A stretch of 63,552 bases of DNA, filler included, from Octopus bimaculoides (lineage: Eukaryota): the NCBI RefSeq assembly GCF_001194135.2. It is 6 parts of 6 records of this genome, joined end to end, with 100 filler letters (N's around TTAATTAATTAA, not from the genome) between each part and the next. Parts side by side here need not be neighbours in the genome. Positions count along the whole stretch, not along the records: positions 1 to 13,032 come from NC_068992.1; positions 13,133 to 21,036 come from NC_068996.1; positions 21,137 to 25,742 come from NC_068993.1; 3 more parts are not named here. One strand, written 5' to 3'. Numbering within the stretch: position 1 is the first letter of the stretch; every line of letters starts with the position of its first letter. A program made the position numbers and the translations under genes. Positions 12,266-23,499 of this stretch are shown one piece after another. Under the pieces are notes generated by a model. That model saw nothing but the letters and a program-made list of their open reading frames with translations. It did no database searches and was not told the DNA's origin.

Positions 12266-12479
12266 GTTTAAGCAACCGTTCAAAATGCTAGAAATGACAA
12301 CGGAATGTCCATAATTACATTGTCTTATCAAAATAAGAAAAAGATGTGTTGCACTATATTAGATGACACGGTGTCTGAAATACAAATGGAGAGGTCATGG
12401 GTGGAATGCGTTTAATCAATAACTCTGCTCATGTCTTGATCTGAGTTTTGTACCATGTCTTGATCTGAGTTTTACCCAC

Positions 12480-12745
12480 CGCCAAAGGCTTACTGAATCT
12501 TCTTGATGATTTGAGCTTGTGTATCACCAAGTTTTTTGTGAAACTTGATGCAATATCTTTGCTCGAAATCGCTGACCTTCGTACAAACTTTGAACCCAAT
12601 ATATATGTATTAAGTAATAATTAAATTATATATAATGCACTTATCTGTGTTTTGCTCTACGCGTGAACCCTTAACTGTGAAAAAAAATGCCCCGCATCAA
12701 ACTGGACCATGACACGAAAAATGTTGTGTATAGCTGTCCAAGATT
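12480..12745 (-). mobile_element. Mariner-like element 5' fragment
   Basis: Minus strand translates as FEQRYCIKFHKKLGDTQAQIIKKIQ*AFG, resembling the mariner N-terminal EQRxxIKF motif. Confidence 0.65.
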
Positions 12746-12779
12746 TACAGCATAGTAACGAAGACGGCGGTATAAGACT

Positions 12780-12860
12780 TTCACTTGTTTCAGTCATTGA
12801 GCTCCGGCCATGCTGGGGTACCACCTTGAAGGTTTTAGTCGAAACAGCATGATACCATGG
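12780..12860 (-). mobile_element. SINE family B 3'-tail fragment
   Basis: tttcagtcattg..ggccatgctggggtaccacc is the reverse of the tail seen at 27460-27510. Confidence 0.55.
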
Positions 12861-13132
12861 TACATAGAAGGTTGTATATCAGGTTACTTTTCTGATTCCC
12901 CAAAAAACTTTCTATCACAGTATGACAACAGGGCAAATACAATCTTATACCCAATTTTCGTCTCACAGTTGATGTCTTTACACCCCAAGTGCTGTCTGCA
13001 ATGTCAGAGTCACTGTGTTGAGTTTTTTTTTTNNNNNNNNNNNNNNNNNNNNNNNNNNNNNNNNNNNNNNNNNNNNTTAATTAATTAANNNNNNNNNNNN
13101 NNNNNNNNNNNNNNNNNNNNNNNNNNNNNNNN

Positions 13133-13167
<35 letters not shown>

Positions 13168-13170
13168 GTA

Positions 13171-13362
13171 TAGGAGAATTCACGAAAAAGCAACAGACGA
13201 AGACGGGTGGTGTAAACAACAAATGGATGTATTAGTATAACGCTCGGGAATTGAAAAAGTCTTCAACGTTTCGAGCCTATGCTCTTCAACAGAAAGGAAC
13301 ACAGAAAGAAATACGGAGAGAAACAATGAGAGAAAAAAATATGTGTAGTGGTCAGCCATATT
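13171..13362 (-). mobile_element. Short element with a variant hammerhead-like motif (13261-13296)
   Basis: About 190 bp of reverse homology to 34870-35053; minus strand CTTT-CTGTTGA-A-GAGC-ATAG-GCTC-GAAAC-GTT-GAAG. Confidence 0.7.
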
Positions 13363-13561
13363 CATTACAAAAATTCAAGGATATAGATAAATTCATTTAT
13401 GTATATATGCACGTTTACATACATATAAACATATATATATATATATATATACATATAATTATGTATATATAAACACACACACACATACAAATGTGTGTGT
13501 GTATGTGTGTGTGTGTGCGTCTGTCTGTCTGTCTGTCTGCCTGTGTCTATGTCTGTGTTTA

Positions 13562-13644
<83 letters not shown>

Positions 13645-13689
13645 ATGTGTGTGTGTGTGTGTGTGTGCATTTATCGTTCACCTTTTATT

Positions 13690-13888
13690 TGTTTTATCAC
13701 AAAGTCAGCAAGCTCGCAGGGGCAGATTAATTTGATTACATCCACTCAATTTGTACTTATTTTATCGTCCCCGAAAGTATGAAAGTCAAAGTGGACCTCA
13801 GCGGAATGTGAACTCAGAACGTGACGATGGACGAAACGCCGGTAAGCATTTGCCCATCGCACTAACGATTCTGCCAGCTCGCCGCCTT
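13690..13888 (-). mobile_element. SINE family A
   Basis: Reverse homology; first of a tandem pair. Confidence 0.85.
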
Positions 13889-13906
13889 CATTCTGAAGTA
13901 ACATTA

Positions 13907-14100
13907 TTTTCAAATTTTGGCGCAAGGCCAGCAAGCTCGGGGGAGAGAGTAAATCGATTACATCGACCCCAATGCTCAACTGGTCCTTGTTTTATCGACC
14001 CCGAAAGTTAACGTCAACCTCGGCACAGAACGTAAAAGTTGACGAAGTGCTGCGACGCATTTTTTCCGGAGCGCTAACGACCCAAAGAGCTCGCTGCCTT
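13907..14100 (-). mobile_element. SINE family A (tandem second copy)
   Basis: Reverse homology with an internal deletion. Confidence 0.8.
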
Positions 14101-15167
14101 TGTTCAGAAGTATTACTACTAGCATCTACACTCACTTAGGAGGAAAGATGAAAAGAACTCCATTTCCATACTTCAAATCACCTACAAGATCAGATGCTGT
14201 TGGCCTCTCTCTCGCTCACTCGCTGTACATATAGCAAATTATTCAGTATAATTAGTTTAATAGGGCATACTCTTACAATGTAGATTAATAATTATTAATG
14301 CACAACACACCGCATTTAGATAATTTAAAATAAATGTCAGTCGTAGCTTTTAGTAATAAACCAACAATTTTAGCCTCGCTGTGAAAAGTAAATAAAGTGG
14401 ATACACTATGGGTTTTATTCCCTATGTGAACAAAAAACGTATAAAATATCTGATTTTGTTCCTAATATTTTTAGACTTTCGCCGGATAAAAGAGAACCCA
14501 AATTTTGTCCACGAGAGATTGATAGCTGTGCCTCAGTTGAACTGGTCAGTTTCATTTACATGTCAATGCATGCACTGACAAGATGAATGGATTGAAAACT
14601 TACATCTGCGTTAAATACATATGCAAGTCTATGTGTACAACGATATAGATAAATGCATGTAGGCATATACATATGTATTAAAGCACATATATTTGTGTAA
14701 TAATAAGCAAAGCGTGTTGCTATCTTATCTATTCTCGCGCTAAAATAACTTATTGTATACAAGTTATTATTCAAACCACAAAGAACTTAACGGAAAAAAT
14801 ATATATATAAACATAATATACGTGGGTAAAGAAATACGTGCCCGTTCTATCTTTTCATCGTCTCACCTGTAGTGTTAAATGTAGTTGAAACGGCAGGAAT
14901 AATGTATGCACATGCAGACATCTATTCATGATTGTAAGACATAGTAAGGACATAATACAAAAGAAAGAGACGAATATCTGCTGGATTCTCTTTGAAAAGA
15001 AAGAAATATGCTTTGTAAAGGTGTTTTAAAATCGTCTGAGATCGATCAAGTTGACTTCTTTTTTTTTTTTTTTCTTCTTTACTTATGTACAGATAACTTG
15101 GCTTTCTTTATTATGAATTATAGAGTTTTGTGTTTTTGTTTCATTTATTATTCTATAACAATACGGG

Positions 15168-15284
15168 AAGAAGAAGAAGAAGAAGAAGAAGAAGAAGAAG
15201 AAGAAGAAGAAGAAGAAGAAGAAGAAGAAGAAGAAGAAGAAGAAGAAGAAGAAGAAGAAGAAGAAGAAGAAGAAGAAGAAGAAG

Positions 15285-15332
<48 letters not shown>

Positions 15333-15345
15333 AACAGCAACAACA
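15168..15345. repeat. (AAG)n followed by (AAC)n microsatellite
   Basis: Visible; source of the poly-E, poly-R, poly-S and poly-F ORFs. Confidence 0.97.
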
Positions 15346-16499
15346 AGAGGGAGGAAGTGGTAGTGGTAGTGGTGGTGCAGGAGGGGAGGAAGTGGTGGTG
15401 GTAGTGGTGCAGGAGGTGAACTGTAAGAATTTAGAAGCTATAAGTTCTATATTGGCCGTTGGAAATATGTCAGTCAGTTTATATAATTCATCTTGTAATT
15501 CAAGTTGATCTTTGCGGTCTTGTGCTGTCGACGTTGCACATATTATTAGGAACAATGCAAGTAACACGCTCGTTGTTTGTACATTTAGAGACCTGCTAAA
15601 GACCAATGAATGGCTTTTGTTCTGTTGGGACGCAACATGGCTCGCTCTTGTTGTTGTTTATCTTTCTTATTTTCTTTTTTTTTTTTAACATTTCGAAATA
15701 ATATTCAATGAAGGAGCAAAATACGTCTGAGAAAAAAGAAAAAAGAAAAGGAAAAAGAAATAACTGAATGAATGTTGAATGTTGAGTGAATCAATGAATG
15801 AATCAACCAATCAGCCAATGAGATTTACACGAATAGAAATGACTCTGACAGCAATACCCTATTCATAAAACATAGTTCTCTTTCTTTTTTTATTTTATTT
15901 CTATATCTCACACCCTCTTTTATTCTTATCTTCCATTTTCTTTCTCTATATCCCCCCTCTTTTATTTCTTTGCCTTTTCTTTGCATTACCTTCTTTATCT
16001 AAGTATTGACCGACTTTTACATTACTATCGAGTAAGAAAATTGAACAAAGGATGTTTTTTTTTGTTTGTTTTTTTTACCTTCTTCTTACAAAATGATTGA
16101 TATTTTAAGTTGCCGTCTGGTTTTAAAGTCGGTTTACTGACTGAACTTTCAATTATCAATTTTACGTTGTCATTGCAAAGTTTAAAACAAAATTTAACTC
16201 ACTGACTCGATTCAATCTTAAATTTGATATCCAAACTACAATATATATGAACAATATGAATTATAACAAAAGCATTCCCGTAAGCAAAGGCGAAAGTTAA
16301 AGAAGCTAGAACGAAAATCCTCAACATAATTTCACGCAAATGTAATTATTTCCTTAAGTTTGTGTTTTTCGCAGATTGCATGACTAATATCGGGTCGATT
16401 TTTAAAAACTGGGGACACCTCGGTGGGAATCTTGGCTTCACTCATGAAAACTACGCTTCGAGACTCATTGCGGCCAATCAATATTGATCTGAAAACTCA

Positions 16500-16575
16500 A
16501 GGCAGCGAGCTGGCAGAAACGTTAGCACGCCGGGCGAAATGCTTAGCGATATTTCGTCTGTCTTTGCAGACAAAA
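16500..16575 (+). mobile_element. SINE family A head fragment
   Basis: aggcagcgagctggcagaaacgttagcacgccgggcgaaatgcttagcg. Confidence 0.8.
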
Positions 16576-16590
16576 TTCCAGGACAAAACT

Positions 16591-16770
16591 CCTAAGTTAA
16601 AGTGCGAAAGAGGACAAAACCCCCTCAGTTGTATTTTTGGTAGAGGAGCGCAATAAGAACCCATCCTTTTTTCTTCTTCTTCTTTTTTAGATTCCGACGT
16701 TTTCGCGGGAGGAGATTACGATTCTGACAACAACAAAAAATATCGGTATTTTTCGTTTAAAATTTAATTT
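16591..16770 (+). repeat. Left copy of an inverted repeat pair (partner 18258-18420)
   Basis: gtgcgaaag..gacaaaacccc.tca.tt.tatttt.gg and agatt.cgacgttttc..aggagatt..gattctg align to the reverse complement of 18258-18420. Confidence 0.7.
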
Positions 16771-16780
16771 TGATGACGGT

Positions 16781-16992
16781 AGGCGACGAGCTGACAGAAA
16801 AGTTACCACGCCGGGCGAAATGCTTAGCGATATTTCATCTGTCTTTGATCTGAGTTCAAATTCTGCCGAGGTCGACTTTCCATTTCATCCTTTCGAGGTC
16901 GATAAATTAAGTACCAGTTGCGTACTGGGGTCGATCTAATCAACTGCCCCCTCCCCAGAAATTTCGAGCCTTGTGCCGAGAGTAGAAAAGAA
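16781..16992 (+). mobile_element. SINE family A, near full length
   Basis: Head, B box, core and tail gccttgtgccgagagtagaaaagaat all present. Confidence 0.9.
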
Positions 16993-17164
16993 TACTGATC
17001 TGTCGCTCTATTTCTAAATTTAAATATATTTTTTTAAATATAGACAATGAGGCACACTTAAGATTTGAGAATAAAGTGAAGGGTACTTTTCCTTGTTTTA
17101 TTTTTGCTACAAAAACTTTATATCTTACAAAAGAATGTATTCATGAAAGACATTTTCCAGTATA

Positions 17165-17410
17165 CCAGCTGTGAGGTAAAACGCTTGCTATTCAACCGCA
17201 CAGTTTCGAGTTCAGTCCCATTGCTCGCCACCTTGGGAAAGTGTCCTATACTATAGATCTAGGCCGATTAAAGCCTTATGCATGAATTTGATAGACGGAA
17301 ACTGAAGAGAAGCCCGCTGCATATCAGTGTGTGTGTGTGTGTGTGTGTGTGTGAGACCACTGCTTGACAACCACTGTAGGTTTGTTTAAGTCCCCGTAAC
17401 ATAACGCAGT
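17165..17410 (+). mobile_element. SINE family B with internal (TG)n
   Basis: gagttcagtcccattg..caccttgggaaagtgtcc..gacggaaactgaagagaagccc. Confidence 0.8.
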
Positions 17411-17600
17411 CAATAGACTGCGGCCACGCTGGAGTACCGCCTTTTAGTCGAAAAAATCGCTTCCTGGACTTATTCTTTGTAAGCCAGGTACTTATTCAAT
17501 CGGACTGTTTTGCCAAACCGCTATGTTACGGGAACGTAAACACACCAACAGCGATCGTCAAGTGATGGTGAGGTGAGGGACAAACACAGACACAAGCACA
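17411..17600 (-). mobile_element. SINE family B 3' half, inverted relative to the preceding copy
   Basis: Reverse complement matches the tail at 27320-27500. Confidence 0.75.
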
Positions 17601-17609
17601 CACACACAT

Positions 17610-17663
<54 letters not shown>

Positions 17664-18257
17664 NNNNNNNNNNNNNNNNNNNNNNNNNNNNNNNNNNNNN
17701 NNNNNNNNNNNNNNNNNNNNNNNNNNNNNNNNNNNNNNNNNNNNNNNNNNNNNNNNNNNNNNNNNNNNNNNNNNNNNNNNNNNNNNNNNNNNNNNNNNNN
17801 NNNNNNNNNNNNNNNNNNNNNNNNNNNNNNNNNNNNNNNNNNNNNNNNNNNNNNNNNNNNNNNNNNNNNNNNNNNNNNNNNNNNNNNNNNNNNNNNNNNN
17901 NNNNNNNNNNNNNNNNNNNNNNNNNNNNNNNNNNNNNNNNNNNNNNNNNNNNNNNNNNNNNNNNNNNNNNNNNNNNNNNNNNNNNNNNNNNNNNNNNNNN
18001 NNNNNNNNNNNNNNNNNNNNNNNNNNNNNNNNNNNNNNNNNNNNNNNNNNNNNNNNNNNNNNNNNNNNNNNNNNNNNNNNNNNNNNGTGCGGATGTGTGA
18101 GTGGTGGAAGGGGTATTAATTTTTTTTTTTATATTTTAAATTTTTTAAAAAATTGTTTCAAATTCAAAAGCTCAGTATTTTCTACGAAAATTCCTCCCCC
18201 AAAATTCTCAAAAAATGGAAAAACGAAAAAATCGGAGGAGGACGGCGGTATTTAAAT

Positions 18258-18500
18258 TGTAAAATGCTGATTTTTTTTTGTGCCAGAATCAGAATCTCCT
18301 TGCCGAAAACGTCAGAATCTGTGAAAAAAGAAAGTGGGGGAGATGAGATACTGTTTATTGTATACCTGTGCCGAAAATATAATTGAAGGGGTTTTGTCTG
18401 CTTTCGCACATTCACTTAAGGGTTTTTGTCCGAAAGGATTGTGCCCGAGGGGGTGGTTGGCCTAAGGAGGTTTTGTCCTAAGGTGGTGGTGGTGGTGGGG
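18258..18500 (-). repeat. Right copy of the inverted repeat pair, with GGTTTTGTCC subrepeats
   Basis: See 16591-16770; several ggttttgtc(c/t) units at 18385-18480. Confidence 0.65.
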
Positions 18501-19489
18501 GGGTTGTTCTACACTATCATTTTCCATATGGTGAATTAAAGACTAACCCACCATATAGTAACTCGTGTACACGTATGACGACTGTTATAAAATCTCCAGG
18601 TTTCCTATCAAGTTGCCAGCGTCTGAATACTAGTGATTAATTCTATGGTTCGGGTGTCTCTTATTTATAAACAGACTTCAAAGGCAAAAGCCAAAAGCCC
18701 AAATTTTATTTCACTGTTAAGTTTTCATCAGTGACAAAACAGACGTGCCCGCCAACAAACAACAGAGAGATATATTTTACCTATTGGTAAACCTCAGGAC
18801 ACGACTCCTCCACTGTCGACAGAAATTTATTACAATCAACTTACAAAATAGCATTATCCTCCATCAGCTTTAGATTTAAATATTTATTTACTTATCTATC
18901 TATTACTTTATTTACGAGAAGGGGAGGTTATCTGAAGTTACGATGATTTGTGTGATGTCATTGAAGCTTCATTTTCCTTTTCTTCTTTTTTTCATTACTC
19001 TTCTACTTTTTTTTTTTCTTTGTCATCACACATAGGAACTGAAATATTTGGAGCCTCGAAAGAACCTTTGACATGTCGATACAGTTTTTAAACGGTTACT
19101 ACTACATGGTCAACCATGAAATTCTAAACTATGATTATCATCGCTGACAAGAATAATTAGTTTAGAATGGGCGACGGTTGAACACATTATAGCTGATTTG
19201 AATGATTCGTATATACTATGTTTATCTTGACTGGGATAGGTGAGGTGAAGGGATGGGAACTTGCTTATGTGGGGTGTTATGTGTGTAATGGATATCAGTT
19301 AGTGTTCAAAGGATTTGGTGGCAGCCCAAAAGTCTGGAGGTGAAGAAAAGGTCAAGTAGTTTGGTTTTGTCAGTTTATGTGTGTACGTTGTTAAAGACTG
19401 CGTGAGCGTATTGATATAGGCAGCTCTTATAAAAATACAGTTTGCCGAACTATATTTAATGTTTAATAAACATATGTAAATAATCTTAC

Positions 19490-19602
19490 CGTGGACCGAA
19501 ACATGGGAGTATACACCGAATTCTCGGCAGCATGGCGCGGGTATCGTATTGGCTACAGTTGTTAATCTTTGTCAGAGTTAGTTCAACGATGGTTGGATAT
19601 GT
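19490..19602 (-). CDS. Candidate exon of an unknown gene
   Basis: Acceptor cattacacAG, strong donor ACG|GTAAGA, one fully open frame (TYPTIVELTLTKINNCSQYDTRAMLPRIRCILPCFGP), locally higher GC. Confidence 0.25.
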
Positions 19603-19824
19603 CTGTGTAATGCATAGGTGAGATTCGTGTGCAATAAATACGTAGGATAAGTTTATAAAAACCATTGCTACTGTTCTGATTTGGCTGGTTGGAAGGGTTG
19701 AACGGAAATAAAGTCACAGGAAAAAAGAAGTCACAGAAAATAAAAAGAAAAACGTTATTCGGGTTTGGAGAAAATGTCAGTGGAAAATAAATGTTAAACT
19801 TCATCTAAATGCCATAAATATTAG

Positions 19825-19987
19825 TTTCAAATTTTGGCACAAGGCCAGCAATTTTCAGGGGTGAGGGAAGTCGATTGTATTGACTCTAGTATTTGATTGG
19901 CGGAATTTGAACTCAGACCGTAAAGACAGACCAAACACCGCTAAGCATTTTGTCCGGCGTACTAACGGTTCTGCTAGATCGCCATCT
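19825..19987 (-). mobile_element. SINE family A (internally deleted)
   Basis: Reverse homology; tandem with the next copy. Confidence 0.8.
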
Positions 19988-19996
19988 TACTTTCCA

Positions 19997-20212
19997 TAGT
20001 TTCAAATTTTGGCACAAGGCCAGCAATTTCGGTGAAGGGTGATTCATCGATTATACTGACCCTAGTGTTCAGCTGGTACTTATTTTAACATAGCCCGAAA
20101 GGATGAAAGGCAAAGTCGACGTCAGCGGATTTGAACTCAGAGCATAAAGACGGACGAAATGGCGCTAAGCATTTTGTCCGGTATGCTAATGATTCTGACA
20201 GCTCGCCGCCTT
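19997..20212 (-). mobile_element. SINE family A, near full length
   Basis: Reverse homology over head, core and tail. Confidence 0.88.
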
Positions 20213-20872
20213 ATTTGTATACTATAAATGGTAGTTAAAAAGTAATTAAGAACATTTTATATCAGTTATTTACTGACAATATTTGACTTATATGCAATGA
20301 CCACGCATTTTATATATAGACATTACATGTGTGAAGGAAATAATCACGTTTTATTTTATATCTTAAAAAAATTAATGAAAAACAAAAAGAACGAAATTTG
20401 CTCATTTATTTGAAAATTTCCGGCGACTGTTTTTGCAGCACTTTTTTTCCTACAACATTTCTTTCTTCTTGGTCTCATGAAACCATGGATTTTTACCGAT
20501 TTATCTTTCTGGATGTGTACTGAAATTATAAATTTTTATTATACTCATTACAATATTGTTCCATTTTTCTCTCCTATTTCCTCTTTTACGTTTTCACACA
20601 GATAATTGTTTAATTTTAGAACTACATCCATGCAATCCTGGCATATCCATTTGCTAAGTTTTAGCAAAGTTAGTTCCCTTTACTTAATTGTTTCCGTTAT
20701 ATGAACTGAAATACGATAAAGTATTGATACCGAATTACACCGGTACATACATACAAACTAACACACTTAAACATACAGTTCTATATTTAAGTGATGAGGA
20801 ATTATGTGCATTATTTACTTTGTTTACATTATTTACATTTGACGGATATTTTTCCTCATCTTGTTTGTTGTT

Positions 20873-20918
20873 AACACAACGTTTCGGCTGATATACACTC
20901 CAGCCTTCATCAGGTGTC
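20873..20918 (-). ncRNA. Minimal type I hammerhead ribozyme motif (Penelope-type) within a short repeat at about 20800-20975
   Basis: Minus RNA GACAC-CUGAUGA-A-GGCUG-(GAGUGUAUAU)-CAGCC-GAAAC-GUU-GUGUU. Stem I is 5 bp, stem II is 5 bp, stem III is palindromic ACGU, and the cleavage triplet is GUU. Confidence 0.8.
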
Positions 20919-20967
20919 TTGGAGAAATTTCGAACCTGGGTTCTCATTCCTCAGGTATTTTTCGATG

Positions 20968-21013
<46 letters not shown>

Positions 21014-21477
21014 CATTATTATCATCCTCATTATCGNNNNNNNNNNNNNNNNNNNNNNNNNNNNNNNNNNNNNNNNNNNNTTAATTAATTAANNNNNNNN
21101 NNNNNNNNNNNNNNNNNNNNNNNNNNNNNNNNNNNNTGTGTGTGTGTGTGTCTGTGTGTGTTTATGTGTTTGTGCGAACAATAAGATAAGAAGAATAAGA
21201 ACAGAAAATTATCTCCCCGTCCCCTCTACAAGAAAAAAAAGAAGATCGAAATAAAACATAAAATGGAAGAAAACAGTCAGGAATTTAGTTGTTTCCTTTC
21301 GAAGTTTTTAGAAATGTTTGAAAGAAAAAAAGTTTATGTGATGTAACTGTATCTACTGTAAAGTATTTCTATGAAGATAGAAACCTCTACTTGGTCACTG
21401 TGTCTGCAAGATATAGCAGCCGAATCACACCTTACGTCAGTTTATCTTTTAGTGAAAGCTACGTTGAATAGATTGAA

Positions 21478-21602
21478 TACGTGGATGGATGGATGGACGG
21501 ACGGACGGACAGGTGGATGGACAGACAGACGGGTGGATGGATGAACGGACAGACGGATGGATGGATGGATGATGACTGAATGGACGGATGGACGGACGGA
21601 TG
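21478..21602. repeat. (GGAT/GGAC)n tetranucleotide tract
   Basis: Visible. Confidence 0.9.
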
Positions 21603-21609
21603 GCTTGGG

Positions 21610-21750
21610 GCCGATAAAATAAGTAAAATAACTAGCATGTGCCTTTCATCTTTTCGGGGTCGATAAAATAAGTACCAGTTGAACTCTGGAGTTGATGTAA
21701 TCAACTTACCCCTTCCCCGCTGCCCTTGTCCCAAAATTTGAAATCACTAT
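21610..21750 (-). mobile_element. SINE family A core fragment(s)
   Basis: gcctttcatcttttcggggtcgataaaataagtaccagttg on the plus strand at 21640-21750, with a short reversed piece upstream; strand assignment is mixed. Confidence 0.55.
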
Positions 21751-22334
21751 AGAAGGGTTGAGAATTGAGGGGAAAATTCATACCTGTCAATAGTATAAAA
21801 CTAGTGCGAAATGACTTGTCTTGCGGAGCTAAGTTCTTTTTCATCTGCTGGGACAGAAATTTAACTAGTTTCGATTTGCGTCTTACCAGATGTTTTATCT
21901 CTCACTTGCTGAGCTCCACAGGAATCAGAGATAAACACAGATTAAGGATTTCATATAACTGATAAAATCAGTTATTTTTATACCGCTGTATTTGGATATT
22001 TCATATTCCTTCTGAAGCTCTGACTGTGAAAGAGTGACAGAGTTATTCTCAAAATGGGGACATGGTCTGAATAGTTGCAACAGATTGGAGTTCGCTAAAA
22101 GTAGCCGAGTTTCTAGATGGGGGCCGTTAACCGGGTAAAAAGGATCAAGTCAGCCTCTCACGTAGGCCACGGTTTCAACTCAGATGAACTTAGTTTCAGC
22201 TCAGTTCATAATTTATTCATTAATTCAATCACTCATTCTCTCAGTTATCTACTTCAGAGGGTTTATTAATAAAACGACTTTTGTTCTTGGAAGATTTCAA
22301 AATAAGAAAACTAAATAACTAAATAACTCAGAGT

Positions 22335-22490
22335 GCCGATTGTTTTGATAATTGGCATTCTGAGTTCAGTTCCTACTGCGGTCAACTTTGCCTTTCTTCT
22401 TTAAGGGTTGATAAAATAAAGTACTGGTGTTAATGGTATCGACATGGCGCTAATTTTCAAAATTGCGAGCCTTGTACTTGAATTAGGAAG
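22335..22490 (+). mobile_element. Degenerate SINE family A
   Basis: ttctgagttcagttcctactgcggtcaactttgcctttc..gataaaataaagtact. Confidence 0.6.
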
Positions 22491-22819
22491 CATTGCAGTC
22501 GGTGGAAATTCTACTTAAGCAATATATACAGAACTAGTGGTGCGAGAGATCGATGACATCTTTCAGAAAATCAAACCTCGTATTTGATGGAAGCATGAAG
22601 GGACGGTGGACATTTTATTGCAGCGATCGAAGTATCATTCCTGCCTGTATTAATGAGATTTTGCCACTCTTAGAGTTATCCCGCCCCTTGTTAGAATCTG
22701 AAGAACATCGGACTTTATGGCTTGCGATATTTATCCAGGGTACATGCGTACTGAGTTTAAATACAGTCGTTTCCCCCTTGAGTTAATCTCATGGCTCTCT
22801 TTTAGTGACCCAAATGCTT

Positions 22820-23210
22820 TGTAATGCATCTATTTATCTCTTATTTTACTCATTCATCATTAATTTATCTCTTAGTTCATTCAACAATTCATTCACTCAT
22901 TCTTACATTTATTCACTTACTTATATATTCATTAACTTTTTCGGTAATTTCATCATCTCTTCGTTCATTCATTACTTTGTTAAACACATGGACTCATTCA
23001 TTCATTATTTTATGCACTTATTTTCTTTTCCATTCATTCATTCATTCATTCCATCTCTGATACGATAATTCATTTACTCATTCGTCCATATATTCAATCA
23101 TGTATTCATTCATATTTGCTTTTAATTTTTCAACCATTGACACATTTTAGCACTCGTTCTCACTTTCACTCATTTATCCATCCCTCCGTTCATTCACTTT
23201 ATTCAGTTCC
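22820..23210. repeat. Degenerate (TCAT)n tract
   Basis: Visible; explains the SFIH-rich ORFs. Confidence 0.8.
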
Positions 23211-23499
23211 AACATATTTATGACAGTACAGCCTGCTTTAAGCTTCCTTTAATATTTCAATATCAACGTTATTAATAGACATGACTGCTGCCATCTACCG
23301 TTCGCCATCCGCCGTGTAATTGTGGCGCCCTCTATCGGTTGACAGGTCACGTCCCAAACATCACCTTTTACCTCCCATTTTTCATTATTAGTAATACATA
23401 CAACTTTTCATTTTTCTCTACGGTTGACACCAGAACGATATTGAAAACGAAGGGAAGCGTTGGGAAACGTTGTTTAGAAAATACTGTTATCCACTGTCA

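Noticed and set aside
12430-12473. 20-bp direct repeat catgtcttgatctgagtttt; similar short tandem duplications near 5570, 30110 and 31540
   Set aside because: Only two units each with no spacer series; ordinary slippage duplications, not CRISPR.
13077-13088. TTAATTAATTAA inside N-gaps (also 21081-21092, 25787-25798, 46068-46079, 60888-60899)
   Set aside because: An identical word flanked by N-runs of about the same length, with stops in all six frames: an assembly gap spacer, not biology.
15596-15726. Minus-strand terminal-exon-like frame VFCSFIEYYFEMLKKKKK..SEPCCVPTEQ with a TGF-beta-like PCCVPT word
   Set aside because: It lacks the other cystine-knot cysteines and the frame passes through a poly-A run and CAA repeats.
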